64,000 nt of DNA, taken from the NCBI RefSeq assembly GCF_030028105.1, contig NC_092379.1, positions 28,203,821-28,267,820 on the forward strand. Direction: 5' to 3'. The position numbers and the translations under genes were made by a program. The notes below the pieces were generated by a model. That model was given only the letters and a program-made list of their open reading frames with translations, made no database searches and was not told the origin of the DNA. Origin of the DNA: Mobula birostris. Its lineage: Eukaryota. Positions 12,871 to 25,780 of this stretch are shown in pieces (within the stretch, counting starts at the first letter, position 1; each line of letters begins with the position of its first letter).

Positions 12871-14302
12871 AGGTTGATTATCTGCCAGCTTTTTTTTTCA
12901 CGCTCATTGGAAAGACTGACTGTCGCAGCCGAGAGAGTGTCTATTATTTTATCGTCCTATTCTGTTTATCCCTTACTGATTGTCTCTTGTTAGCTTACAG
13001 ATTATGAATCTCAAGGCTACACGTCTGTTGACACTCTCCTTTATTAGAATTCATCGTCAAAGTCAGGCTGATTGGTGCTCTTTGGAAACTGAATCTTGAC
13101 TTTTTTTTCTTGCTCTTCCTTGTTCATTCCCGTTTGCCCGATATGCCTTACCTTGTTGCATAGCTCTGCAACGTTCACCTTTAAAACTGCATTGCTCTGA
13201 TGTGTCTGAGCCCCTACAAAAACGGAAACACAATTTCGTCAGCGGACACGTATCTGCTAAGACGTTGCAAGTTTTTCACGTTGAATTTCATTCCTGACCG
13301 CAACTAAATTGCGTCTCTGCTGCGGTTTTCATTGATACATTCATGTTAACTGTTCTTTTAAATATGAGCTGTGTAAACAGCAAGTGTTTTTAAATGTTCT
13401 GTCGTAAATTTCCACAAACTAAACTGAACGATCAATCAGTGTTCACAAACACCATCAACGAATTATCAGTGTTCTGTTAATTTCCTCCATTCAAGTGCGT
13501 CAGATTTGATTCCGCTTCTGAAATAAATAAAAAAAAAATGCTCAATCCTTCCTTGCCCAGTTTATGATTATTTTCTATTACTATTACCCGTACACTCTGT
13601 TCACAAACCGGGGAATTACGAATGTTCCAGAAGCACGTGTTCCTTTTTCTTTTTGTTTTTTTTTTTAAGCAGAACGTCTCGATGACCATTCTGAAGAAAA
13701 AAAAAATAGTGCTGTGCATTAAGTAACTTCATTGGATATGTGACTAAGAAAGAGGAGTTTTAATGCACGATAATTATGGGAACGATTGAAGGGAGGAAAG
13801 CAAAAGGAAGGCACAGACAAATGATGATGGCAGACAAAGAACTAGAAATGAATAGCAATGAATTGACTCCCTTGACCTGAGACAGGCGTGTATGGGCCAT
13901 GGCAGTCAAAGCTCAAACTGGGCATGGCAGCTGATGATGATAATGATGAATTGTCTCGGGCTGGTATGAAAGTACCTCGTCGCCACTCGTAGTAGCAAGT
14001 TGAAAAAAAAAATCCTCAGAGATGATGAACAAGGAATTAACAGTGTATTATGTGCCTCACAATAACTCATTATCAGGTCGGCAAAGGATGCTCGATAATT
14101 TATTACGAAACAAGAAAAGACAGGTGATCAAAATTAGCGATATTGAGGCTTTCAGCGTAAAAAGCACAATTAGCAAATTAAGCGTAATAGTGAAATAAGC
14201 ACTCAAAAAAACAAACAAAAAAAAATGCTATGCTCAATCTACGGCACAAAGGCTGAATATGTGACTATGTAATGTTCGTTCAACAATCCCAATGTCAAAT
14301 GA

Positions 14303-16250
14303 TAAATGATCGTAACAATAAATCTAACAACATAAAATACAATACAGACAGACAGAAAACAGATACAGGGCTACTACATCTCCGCCATCAGTTATTGAAA
14401 TATCATAATTACTACAGTCAACTGAAATAGCAGAGATGATATTTTCATCCATAAACATGTTAACATATATGCAAATGTACTAGGCCAGAGGATACCATCG
14501 CATAACGGAGTTGTCAAGGCAGTAAGTCAAGTCAAAATCCTCAGGGCAATCAACCAGCAGGTCTAGGACTGTAGTTCCTCAAACCACTGGCTCCAGTGAA
14601 AGAATAATCTTGTTTATAAACGTGCCCGGCAGATAGATTTGATGCACACCTAATGCGGAAATCATCTTCTTCCTTGAAAGACTTGAATTTTCAATGTGTT
14701 CTGAGGCGCTGCGTTTAAACTATAATCATAATATCTCCTGCGAAGAAAATGCGCGCTTTACTTGAGATTTTATGACGTTCCGGTAACAATGTTAAGTGCT
14801 CATTGGCCGACCATTTCCGAGTCATTTTCGTCATATATTCTAGTTGCTTCCATTTACGACGAGCAAATATGCCTTCTTTTAGGAACTCCTCTGAAGGGCA
14901 TTGTGTGCTCTTCAGAAACAACCATGTTTATTCTTCCAATCAGTGTGGTCAGGGCATGCATTAGTGATTGCACCACATTGATAATTGCCACTTCTTTGCA
15001 AAGGACTGCGTGGAAAAACCTCTTCGTCCAGATTGTATACCTTCATATTGGAACTAATATACGTTCACTCAGACCTAATTGATATCTGAAGTTTCCACCA
15101 TGATATGAGCCATCTGTGGGTGCGGTTTGAAATCCACTTAATTCCTTACTGTAGGAGGACATCAGTGATGTCTGAATCGCTCCAGTTTTCAGTAGTCCGG
15201 CCTACCTCACTCTCAGCTTCAATAAAGTTTGTTGTATAATCCGAGAGAGGTTCCCTAACTTGTACTTCTCTCGCTATAAAGCTAACAAAATAATGCGTGT
15301 CCAAAGAACATTCCGCCTAAAGGTAAAGAGCTCGTATACATGAACGGGTTAAAATAACCACATATTTCTTCACTACACTGGTTCTTCCATTCACCTTCAA
15401 ATGTCCAAGACAGTCCACTCCTGCACGTGTAAATGGAGTTTTAACTGGAGACAAACTGTTCATATATATATATACACTATGGGTTGATATCCTGGAACTG
15501 TGTGCAAACGTCTGCAAAGAACACACCTGCAAAAGGTTTATTACAGGGGCAGCAGCGCCGGGAATCCAACATTTCGGCGCAACCTAAAGACAGTGTTTAG
15601 TTCTTTTCACAATATCTCACCTTTTAGATAGGTAGATAGATAGGTAGATAGACATGCATTACCGATCCCGAGGGAAATTGGGTTTCGCTGCAGTTGTATC
15701 AACCAAGAATAGAGTACAGATGTAGCAATACAAAACAATAAATAATTAAATAATAACATGTACATTATGCCAGAAGGAAATAAGTCCAGGACCAGCCTAT
15801 TGCTCAGAGTGTCTGACCCTCCAAGGGAGGTGTTGTAAAGTTTGATAGCCACAGGAAGGAATGACTTCCTATGAGGCTCAGGGTTGCATCTCGGTGGAAT
15901 GATTCTCTGGCTGAATGTACTCCTGTGCCAATCAGTACATTATGTAGTGCATGGAAGTCATTGTCCAAGATGGCATTCAACTTGGACAGCATCCTCTTTT
16001 CCGACACCACCGTCAGAGAGTCCAGTTCCATCCCCACAACATCACTGGCCTTACGAATGGGTTTGTTGATTCTGTTGGTGTCTGCTACCATCAGCCTGCT
16101 GCCCCAGCACACAACAGCAAACATTATAGCACTGGCCACCACAGACTCGCAGAACATCCTCAGCATCGTCCGACAGATGTTAAAGGACTTCAGTCTCCTC
16201 AGGAAATTGAGACAGCTCTGACCCATCTTGTAAAGAGTCTCAGTGTTCTT
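14303..16250 (-). repeat. Segmental duplication block C (inverted match to 62031-64000)
   Basis: The reverse complement of 63961-64000 matches 14303 onward. The same BEL and Rex1 ORFs appear on the opposite strand. Confidence 0.95.
14700..15590 (-). mobile_element. BEL/Pao LTR-retrotransposon integrase and C-terminal fragment (paralog 62690-63600, +)
   Basis: TPFTRAGVDCLGHLKVNGRTSVVKKYVVILTRSCIRALYL resembles BEL/Pao integrase PF-x-x-x-GVDYFGP...KRYG-x-IFTC-x-x-RAVHIE. RRKWKQLEYM...ERHK follows. Confidence 0.75.
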
Positions 16251-16480
16251 TGACCAGTCCAGTTTATAGTCAGTTCGTATCCCCAGGTATTTGTAATCCT
16301 CCACCATGTTCTACACTGTCCCCCTGGATGGAAATAGGGGTCACCAGTGCCTTAACCCTCCTCAGATCCACCACCAGCTCCTTAGACGTTTTCAGAATAA
16401 GCTACAGAGAATTCTACTCTCACCATGTGACAAAGTTCCAAACCGTAACCCTGTACTCAGCCTCATTTCCCTTGTTGATG
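15640..16480 (-). mobile_element. Rex1/Babar-type LINE 3' fragment (paralog 62031-62625, +)
   Basis: ORF 15804..16307 VEDYKYLG...FLRRLKSFNICRTMLRMFCESVVASAIMFAVVCWGS. A (GATA)n tail region lies at ~15628. Confidence 0.8.
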
Positions 16481-16889
16481 CATCCAACTTTTGAAATATA
16501 TCCAACAGAAGAATTACTAAGATATAAAGATCCGTTGCCACTATGATAGTAAGCTTAGAGGTTTCGATCATAGCTAACCTACCAAGGTGTCCACTAACTA
16601 GCCAGACAGCACCTTCAGGTTCTGGATTCAGTTTTAAATTAATCCTATTAAATTCCATACTTCTTACTATTTGCAAATTTGAAAATTAATGTGGAAATCC
16701 CTTCCATTGTTTTCTCTTTAAGACGAACAAAGATACTTTCTTAAGATTTCAGGCCACTGTTTTCTTCAAACTTGTCCAAATTAAGAGGTGATAAATTATA
16801 AATGTTATACGTGTTAGATGGATTACAATTTTCCCTTCTTTTTAATATTTTCTACATTCATTTTAACACGCTTTTAGAGTTACAGATAA

Positions 16890-18000
16890 GCTAGCAGTGG
16901 TTATCGCCGGCCAATCCCTTACGAGCATAAGAAGATATTGAGGTACTGACACAGATACCGCATTTGTCAGGAATGCATCAAACTTCAAACCTCTGGTGGT
17001 CACATCTGGCGGGATATTTTAAACGTTAACAAGCCTCCATTCAGATACCTGTGAGAGCTTAAACATTTCTGGAAATTTGCTGGAACGAAAGTTCGTAACC
17101 TGGAAATGGCATTCTTCCTATACCTGAATAGAGAGGTAGTATCAGACCAATGCATTGCATCACGAAGCCACAACGTGGCCGTACGGTTTGCCATCGTAGA
17201 AGAACGGAGCTATACAACGGATGAAAGTCTGGCTTGAAAAACAAGCTACGTTACTGTTTCGAATGATAAAAGCGCTGTGCACCTTAGAGGACGGATTGTG
17301 TAAGAGGAGGAATGTCACTGCTCTATGGCCATCTTCACTTGCGTCTGAAAAACGTTGTAACTGTGCAAAACTAAATTCTCCATCATCCAGGGGCTGCAAA
17401 GTTCAAACAAACTCGGAGCCTTCCAATTAATAACGTTCTTCGAGTCGGCTTGTCCACTGAAGAACAATTGTCGTCCCTACAGTGTCAACCCAGCCAAGGT
17501 CTTCCTTTCACTGATGTTGTAGTATTTTCTGATCAGCCAGCACCACTGGACTGAATATTCCTAAATTATTATATATGGAAGTAACTGTGACACGACACGC
17601 CCAAACACCACCCCCCTCCCCCCATAGTCAGTAGTCTGACTTGGATTGTGATCATAAACCTGAAAGTATCAGACAGAATGCATTATTCCATACAGAGTAT
17701 CTTCTCCTCTGAAACTATATCCTAATCCACATCCGAATCCGTCATGCACTTCCCTCATCGCTCCTCTGGTACACAGTGAGAACACGATGTGTGTTGCTTA
17801 TCGAGTTTGAGAGTTGACAACAGCCTTTCGCACAAATTGATGCAACGTCTTGATAAGCAGAAACCGCTTCTTCCTCAGAAGATACTGACACAAGTTTGTC
17901 ATCAACATAGCAGCAATGCAAACAATGCATTCTCGTGAAAAAAAATCCAGGCCCAAACTCCGACTCTTCAATATTTTTCATCGATGTTCCTCCGGATTTC
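16890..18000 (-). mobile_element. BEL/Pao pol fragment (RNase H-like region)
   Basis: QLQRFSDASEDGHRAVTFL...AFI..SNVA and WSDTTSLFRY...RLRTFV match the Pao motifs LH-x-F-x-DASE and WSDS...RF-x-TFVANR. Confidence 0.7.
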
Positions 18001-18285
18001 TGTGTTGATAACCAGCATCTGCAGACACTCTATTCTTTGTTATTGACTACTCCACTGTGAAGATTGTTCAAGGGATGCATACTATGAAGACGTTTACATC
18101 AATCTTTCGTAGTTGTAAATAAGGATTTCAGCCTGAAATGTTAACTGTTTACTCCGTTCCGTCATTAGAGCATGACCTGTTAAATTCTTCTAACATTTTG
18201 CGTATTGCTTTGAATTGCCATCAACTGCAATTATTCTCGTGTTTCTGATTGACAACTCGTTATCCAGCGTTTTAGATATGAACTG

Positions 18286-19187
18286 TGTTACATACCTCGT
18301 GGGTATCTTGCGAATGTCTTATGACCATGATGTAATCGAGTATTTTGTGAGCATGATGTAATTGTCTTGCGATGGTGCCGTGATGTAATTTTCCCGCCAG
18401 TGTGAGGTCACACGATGTAATTTCCTCGCCGATGTGAGGTCAGGTGATGACATGTTCCTGCAGGTGTATAAAGGGGAAATCCCTGTTGTCACACAGTTTT
18501 GTTGGTTCGTCCGTTTATTTGCTGCGTATTCGTCTCATGACGCAGTTTCGTTTTAAAGTGGAGTTTTACTTTCTATTTTAAGGAAAAATGCGCTGTGCCG
18601 TCAGTTTCGCCGAAAGCTGGCTGTTCCTGTTTTTGCTCCTTTGTTTTGCCTTTACAGTCTGGTACTGGAGAGTGAAGCCCTTACCAAATTACGGGAGCCC
18701 GAAGGATTGAGTAAAGTTGGTGTCGTTCGGCGGTTTTATGAAGCATCGATCTAATTGAATCTTAGTTCAGGAATAGTGGCCTGCATCTGATAAAACCCCT
18801 GCAAGATCAGGAAGGTTTGTGCAGTGCTCACACTCCATGAAAAGAAAAAAAAGTGCAGTTCCTTTAAGCCGTTTTATTTCCTTCGTAGTGCATCCTTTGG
18901 AGAAGGCGTCTCTCGGCTGGGATCAGCAGCAAGGTCACGTCTTCGAAGAGATTAGTTTTCCGGGAAGTCTCTCCTTACTGACTGTATAAATCATTTGGAC
19001 TTTCCAATTTATCATTTCAAAAACCATTCCAGAGCTTCGCTGTTGTTAAATTTCCATATAGCAGGTAAATTCCAGTTAAGTTTTTTTGTTTATTTTTTAA
19101 TATTGTTGAGCAGTGTTTGATAAACGTTTATGTTTGTTTATAAAATCTGATTCACTTCTATATTCATTGTTGCCGACCACTTAAGAG
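18286..19187 (+). mobile_element. LTR of a Gypsy-type element
   Basis: Begins TGTTACA and has short internal repeats plus a TATA-like gtataaa. It is followed by a PBS-like aaactgcgggctcgt and a gag fragment. The right end is approximate. Confidence 0.55.
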
Positions 19188-19309
19188 AAACTGCGGGCTC
19201 GTTTGCGTTTTGTTCTGATTTTGAGCTTAAGTGCTTGTTTAATTATCAATTTGATTTGGACAGGAGAAAAACCCGAATATTTTGTTTGATTGAACTGTGG
19301 GTGATATTC

Positions 19310-19960
19310 GACAGCAATGAATGTTGACGACTTAGTGGCATCACCAAACCGGGAGGCATTAGCGAAGAAGATAGGGTGATGTATCCGAGATTACTAGAAG
19401 GTTGGACCTTAAAGCAATTTCGAAAGTTACAACAAAGGCAATAGTTCAACGGAAAATGGCGGAAAATCATTCAAATTCGGATGATTTTCAGAAAGAAATG
19501 TTAGATATGTTTCCAATGAGTAATCTAGAGAAACAGTTACATCTCGAACAGAGAAAGTTTTAATTATTTAAATCCGAGGTGGCCGAAAGAGAAGCGAATA
19601 GGAAAATTAAATTTGCAGCTAGAGAAGCAGATAAACAGAGGGTGTTTGAGCTAGCGATGGAGAACTTGAAGTCCGAGAATCAGTCATCTGGTTCTAGGAA
19701 ACCGTTTGTTGCTAGTTGGGAAGTTATATTTGCTCCTACAATTAATTAAGCAGAAGTGGATACATATTTGCAGCATTTTGAAAGTATTGCTCTGATTTCA
19801 GAGTGGTCCAAGGATAAATGGCCAGCGATGATACAAGGAGTAGTTAAAGGTAAAGCACGACAAGTTTACACATCTTTAACCCATGAGCAAGCACTTGATT
19901 ATGATATTGTGAAGCAGCATATACTGAAAGCGTATGACCAGGTTCCGGAAGCTGTAGTGT
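19310..19960 (+). pseudogene. Gypsy (Gmr1-like) gag fragment
   Basis: ORF 19756.. DTYLQHFESIA...WSKDKWPAMIQGVVKGKARQVYTSL...DYDIVKQHILKAYDQVPEA. Confidence 0.75.
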
Positions 19961-20590
19961 GTGCCGTGGATCCGAGATCTCTTTACCTATTTCAGTTTTT
20001 GTTGTCGTGTGTCTTCGGATCTCTGAGGGAGCAATGCCTGCAAGTCTGTTAATAATGTTAGTGGGCGTGGGGAAAAGTATGCCCGTGATTATTCGGCAGG
20101 TTTCGTTAAGCAACGGGTCTATTTTCGTCGCATGGCCTGATCTGCCCCATACAGGTTCACAGTAATCTGCAGGTGCACAGCAGAGTGCTAGGGCAGTTGA
20201 TCAAAATATGTGAGCATTAGCTCCCCATTTCGTGCATGCTAATTTTTCAGGAGAGAATTTCGAGCGGCAACTTTCCCTCGGTGGTTTAGGATATGGGTGG
20301 CAAATGAGAGCGTCCTATTCGGTGTCACGCCCAGGCAAATTTGAGTCGGATGGTGATCGAACTCCTTCACACACCAGAAGATTTGAGTTTCCGAGCTGCT
20401 TCTCGATTCATCAGGTGGAATGCATACACTTGAGTTTTTGATGGATCTGGGTTCAGAGACATTTTTTTCATAGTACTGCTTCATTGCTTCGAGGGCTGCT
20501 GTAAGTCGAACTTCAACTTTTTGGAAGGAGTCAGGTTGAGTTGCTATGCAAAAGTCGTCTACACAATTAAACCGGCCTGTGTTAGGAAAG

Positions 20591-20804
20591 CAACACATAT
20601 CAAAGTTGCTGGTGAACGCAGCAGGCCAGGCAGCATCTCTAGGAAGAGGTGCAGTCGACGTTTCAGGCCGAGACCCTTCGTCAGAGTCTCGGCCTGAAAC
20701 GTCGACTGCACCTCTTCTTAGAGATGCTGCCTGGCCTGCTGCGTTCACCAGCAACTTTGATGTGTTTTGCTTGAATTTCCAGCATCTGCAGAATTCCTGT
20801 TGTT
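20591..20804. mobile_element. 214-bp palindromic non-autonomous element derived from a Penelope terminal repeat, with 13-bp TSD
   Basis: TSD TGTGTTAGGAAAG at 20578-20590 and 20805-20817. The inverted arms are ~84 bp, and the empty site is in the paralog at 61328-61340. Confidence 0.88.
20657..20684 (-). ncRNA. Minimal hammerhead-ribozyme-like core (helix I disrupted in this copy)
   Basis: The minus strand reads CTGACGA-AGG-gtctcgg-CCT-GAAA-CGTC, i.e. CUGANGA, helix II, GAAA and a GUC cleavage triplet. Confidence 0.4.
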
Positions 20805-23039
20805 TGTGTTAGGAAAGGTTGGCTGAACATTTGTGCAGACAGTAAATGGTAGAGGTGCCAGGACTGAGCCCTGTGGTAGTCCGTTCTTTTGTAAACATCT
20901 CCTGCTCTCAATTCCATTCATTTCTACATAAAATCTACGATTTTATAGGAGGCTACTTATTACTTTGACTGTGGTTTCGCTCTTTAAAATTTTAGATAAT
21001 TTCAGTAGAAGGCCTCTGTAATTCACAATGTCGTGTGCTGCTGTTAAGTCAAAGAATAATGCGCCTGTAATTTGTCGCATTTCAAAGTCATCTTCAATAT
21101 ACTGGGTTAAGTTCAGGACTTTACCGCAGCTGCCTCCCCGGAAGAAGGTGTAAGAGTAAGTCATCGACACGTCGCTGAAAGTCTGTGTCGAAGAACCACT
21201 CGATTTGGAAGGGAGAGATGACTGAAGTCAGCCGGCTCCGACGATTGGCTTTTCGTTATTATTGCAGAGAGTTTTTCTGCATGGTTGCCAGATGATTCCG
21301 ACTCCTTCAGTCGACAACGAAGCACCGATTTTTCAGCAAACCAGAATTTGTGATCAATACATTCATTTACCCACCCTGCAGAGGACCTCTCAGCTCTCAG
21401 CTGGCTCTCTGCCGGCTCAGTATAGAGTATATAAGACGATTTTTAGCAGCTCCAAAGAATTGTTGACGGAGCTACTGTTTCGTTGAGATTCGGAAATCAC
21501 AGGATGGAGTTCAAGAGCTCCGAGGTTATGTTTGGAACATAGAAAATAGACCATAGAATAGTACAGCACACCACAGGCCCTCCTGCTACTGTGAAGCAGC
21601 AGAATGCAGATTTCCATTTTACTAAAGGCAATGGCTAAGTAAGTGTATTCCTGTGGGAATTTGGTACGGTCGTGAGATTTACCGGGTGAAGTCAATTGAA
21701 GTTGCAGGCAGATGGCTTCCCGAGCTCATCACTGAGCCTGATGACTCGGCGAAATGAGGGTGGTAACTTAATACGATATGAGTTTTGGGTGAGTCGGTAA
21801 GTACGAATTTGTGGACACGAGCTATTTATTCTCCGATTCTCAAGTTCACAGGTCCTCTGGTCCTTCTGACCATATTAGTCCCAACGGGAAGTCCATAACG
21901 TTCCGTTTATACCGAGGGGGTAGAGATCAGCTGGATAGGGTGTCGGACTTGCACACAGAGAGCCATTTGCAGAAGGTTGCATCCTGCACGGAGTCCATTG
22001 TGGAATTCTATACAGGTAGAGCTGTCGAGGTGTGGAGAAAGACAGAGTGAGAGAATCAGGCTCTGTTACAAGAAGGACAAAGAAGGAAACTCCACTCCAC
22101 CTGCTTGTGCCGTTTCTTGGGCGAAGTGGAAAAAGGATGTGTGGGTGATCGGAAGCTGCGTAGTTAAGGCAATTTATGTTACTGCACTAGTCGTTCATAC
22201 TCTTGGGGGTGGGAGCTGTATGGGTCCGGGCAATAAGCGATCTCCTGCTACCAGCTTTGGTTCTGTGCGCCTTGATAATCAGGATCCTGCAGCCTGAAGT
22301 ATTTCTGGGAACGAAACAAGCTTCCTGGATGTTATTTTAGGGGGTCGTCCCATCAGCAGGTTGTAAATTATGATGGCTAGAAGGTCAGAAGTCTTTGTGT
22401 TGGTTCGGCCTCTCACCGGTGTACAAAACGCACAGCGCCCTGATGTACTCTGATGCTAATAGGCGAATAGCCCTTCCACATTCCAGCCTAAAATTAACGA
22501 TGTCATCGGGAACCGAGCATGAAACACAGAAGGCGAAGTATCTGATATGCTAATCACTTTCCACTTCCTTGATGGTCGAATCGCGTACGCAACTCAACAA
22601 CGTATTAGTAATATTTATTGCAAATAACGGTTTTATTTTCCCAATTAGAGGTGGCCCCGACAGGGTCCCAATTTAGGAGAGCGATTAGGAGGGCTATCTT
22701 GACTCTGTACATGGAGTATAGAGATAGAAGGAGCTCGAAGTGTAAGATACCACTAGGACAGGAAGTTGCAACATCGTGTTGCAGATCTGTTGAAGCGTTC
22801 GTATACTGCAATGTTGGACTCAGAGCTAGGAGGTAGAATGGCGTTGTATTGCTGTTGCGATATGACAGGTTGTTTGAAATTGGCGAGCAGCTGATCAATC
22901 GTTTCCTGCTCCTATGGGATCGTGTGCTTCTGTCGACAGTTGGTTTCCTTTGGGAGACCATATTTTGTAGGGTCAATAACTGGTGCACCCATCCTGTATG
23001 AAATGTAGAACAGGCTTCACCTAAAAACCAGAGCAGCGG

Positions 23040-23420
23040 ATCCGACTTACAAGTAAATGCCCACGCCAGTCTGAAGATAACACATCCAAATATTCAATTG
23101 ACGATGGAGGTAGAGAAGAATTGTTGCCTCCCCATTGTGGACATTCTAATACGACTGACACCGGATGCTAGTATTGGATTCAAATAACACGGACTTATAC
23201 ATCAAAATAATAGTCGCCATCACGCCTCTCAACGTAGAGCAGTGTTTTCAATGTTGATTAACCATGGGAAAGCTATTTCGGAACAGGAGACAATTGAGCA
23301 CGACTTTCCTACAGAATGGTTACCATTGGAATGAAATTAATCGGGGCCTTAAAAAGGAAGACGGTAAAAAACGGGGCACCTCAGATCGTGGAAGAAGCTA
23401 CCGCCTGTCTTCCATATTTC
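23040..23420 (+). mobile_element. Degenerate Penelope-like RT C-terminal fragment
   Basis: HPNIQLTMEVEKNCCLP resembles the Penelope motif HP-x-I-x-FT-x-E-x-E...LPFLD. Confidence 0.5.
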
Positions 23421-24479
23421 GCCGTTGGTTCTGAAAAGTCTGCAGGATCCTGAAGAAGTGACGGATAAATGCCTCCCACAAACAGGAAAGGGACCTCACG
23501 TTTCAGGTTATGTGGTTCAATAATGACCCGGGTCTCCGTGCGGCTAGATTCCCTATGCACACAAAGCAGCGAATTTTGGCCAGACGGGACAAGGCGTGGA
23601 AACTCGAGTTGGGCAGAAGAGCTGTATGCACTTGGTTCACTTGGAGAATTGTGCGGCAGTAGATGACATAGGCAATGACTACATGATTGCAGTCGACGGC
23701 GCAAAGCTACTGTCCTGTGCCGATGGCTTTTGGACCAGCTGGTAAAGGAAACATTGAAATAAGGCCAGAGAATTAGATGGTCATCAAAGAGAGAGTTGAG
23801 ACTGTAAGCTAGAACTGGAATAGAAATTTACACACAATAGGACAACGGAAACGAATTCGTTCAGGACTAGCCAATGAAGAAGGACTGACCATGGGAATTG
23901 AGTATATATGCCACTGGACTTGACATGTCTAGTGTCATTCCTCATGAAAATGACAGAGTTTGGCATCGACAGGTAGATTATAATCGACACTTTGACAGTT
24001 GGAACCGGCAGTAAGTCGAGGGGAGTATATGCGGCATCAAGTATCGCACATACTCGCATGTGGAATTTCTACATACCGATTAAGAAGGCTTTGCTGACCA
24101 CATTTTACAAGCTCTAACTCATCGATTCCTTCTACCGCATGGGAGCTCCAGACAATATGTGGGAAGTTAATATCACCTATTTAACAACCTCGTGTTTCTT
24201 GCATTATTCTGTGATGTCTCCACAAATCTCTTCCTTTACGCCCCTGATTATTGTGTGACCTGTAATATAGACCCATTGATGTGGACATGCCTTTCGCAAT
24301 TCCTAGCCCAGCCATAACGTCTCACTTAGTTGAGTTACTTACATTGTACTGATTGAGCATTGTCACGAATTTTCACTGACTCGTAACACAATCGTTTCTC
24401 ATTTAATTCCTGGTCTTCTGCCGCGTCCTAAGCAAAGGAAACGCGGGATACTGAGTTGTTATTCCTACCAATTCTGCAA

Positions 24480-24640
24480 CCAAGTCTCACTAATGGCTAC
24501 AATATCACAATTTCCTGAGTCTATCCATGCCCTGAGCTCATCTGACTTTGTAAAGATTTCTCTAGTAGTGAAATAAACGCAGTTCAGGATATCCGGCGCA
24601 ACATACTCAAAGTTTTGATTGCTGATATTGTCTGAAACGT
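24480..24640 (-). mobile_element. CR1 endonuclease N-terminal fragment
   Basis: Reverse strand reads DELRAWIDSGNCDIVAISETWLQ, like 45346.. MDELRVWVDTWKYDVVAVSETWL. Confidence 0.65.
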
Positions 24641-25780
24641 TAACAACGTCTGTCTTTCTACTATCTGCTCTTACACTCTACCGCCCAACACTACCAAATC
24701 TTCAGAATAGGACATTGACCCTCTTCTATTTTAATTGTAACCGTCTGTTCTGTACAGGACGCACTTTCCCTGGAAGATAGTTGAATAATCAAAAAATCTC
24801 ACGTACTCCCTCATAGACCAACTCCGTATTTAAGTGCATCATTTTCCAACTTTGGCCTCACGAGGATGTGGCACAATGCAGAGATCACAGCTCTGGAGAT
24901 CCTGTCCTTTAGCGTAGCATCCAACTCCTTCAGATCACTGCAGAAACTAGTGAGTCTTACTATTATTGTCGTTGCTACTTACGTGGGCCACGACATCTGG
25001 CTGTTCAATCAGCCATCTAATATTCTGAAAAATCGATTCGGGAAGTCCTGGACACTGGTACTGTGGATCAGCAGTTCCGTGCGAGCAGCACTTACTGGGC
25101 GACACAAAGCTTGTGTTGCCGGTATTCAGCAGCAGTTCAAGAAACGCAGCCACGATCCGCAAACGTGAGTATGGCAGCAAAACAACACTACAGGAACAAC
25201 ATCGAGACACAACTTTTACCAACTACCACCTCAATTTACTACAAGGTCTGTACACCATCGCAGACTCAGAGCTAAAGGCAGTGGATTTTCCAACATCGCT
25301 GCCTCTCTCCCAGACGAGCTAAATCTTGATACGCTTGATTCCCTGTTACTAATGCTGAGCCCCTGAGGAGACCTGCAAATGATGTGACCGGCAGTCTGGT
25401 CATTTCTGAGGCTGAAATGCGCAGGTGTTTCCAACGAGTGCGCATTCGCCAGAGTGTGGGACCGGACGGCATCCCAGGGCGGGTTCTCATGATGTGCGCT
25501 GCACAACAGGCAGATTGGGTAACAGACATTTATAATCTCTCCGTCTCCCAATGTAGAGTGCCATCCTGCATCAAAACATCGGTCATCGGTCATTGTTCCT
25601 GTACCTAAAATGACCAAGGTAACATGTCCGAACGCCTGGCGTACTGTTGGACTCTCCTCGGTAACAAACAAATGCTTTGAGGGGCAGTTAGGGACTATAT
25701 CTGAGGCATGCTACAACCCACACTGAACCCCCTACAATTCAGCTATCGACATAACCGTACAGTAGATGACGCAATAGCCC

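Larger units (their letters stand above)
19960..21580 (-). repeat. Segmental duplication block D (inverted match to 60563-61955): decayed non-LTR retrotransposon RT, clade uncertain (I/Ingi/RTE-X-like)
   Basis: GKVLNLTQYIEDDFEMRQITGALFFDLTAAHDIV and RFNCVDDFCIATQ. The paralog ORF 61065..61436 has GAVFVDLTAAYDIV...LPQGSVLAPLLF...FIYADDVCIA. Confidence 0.85.
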
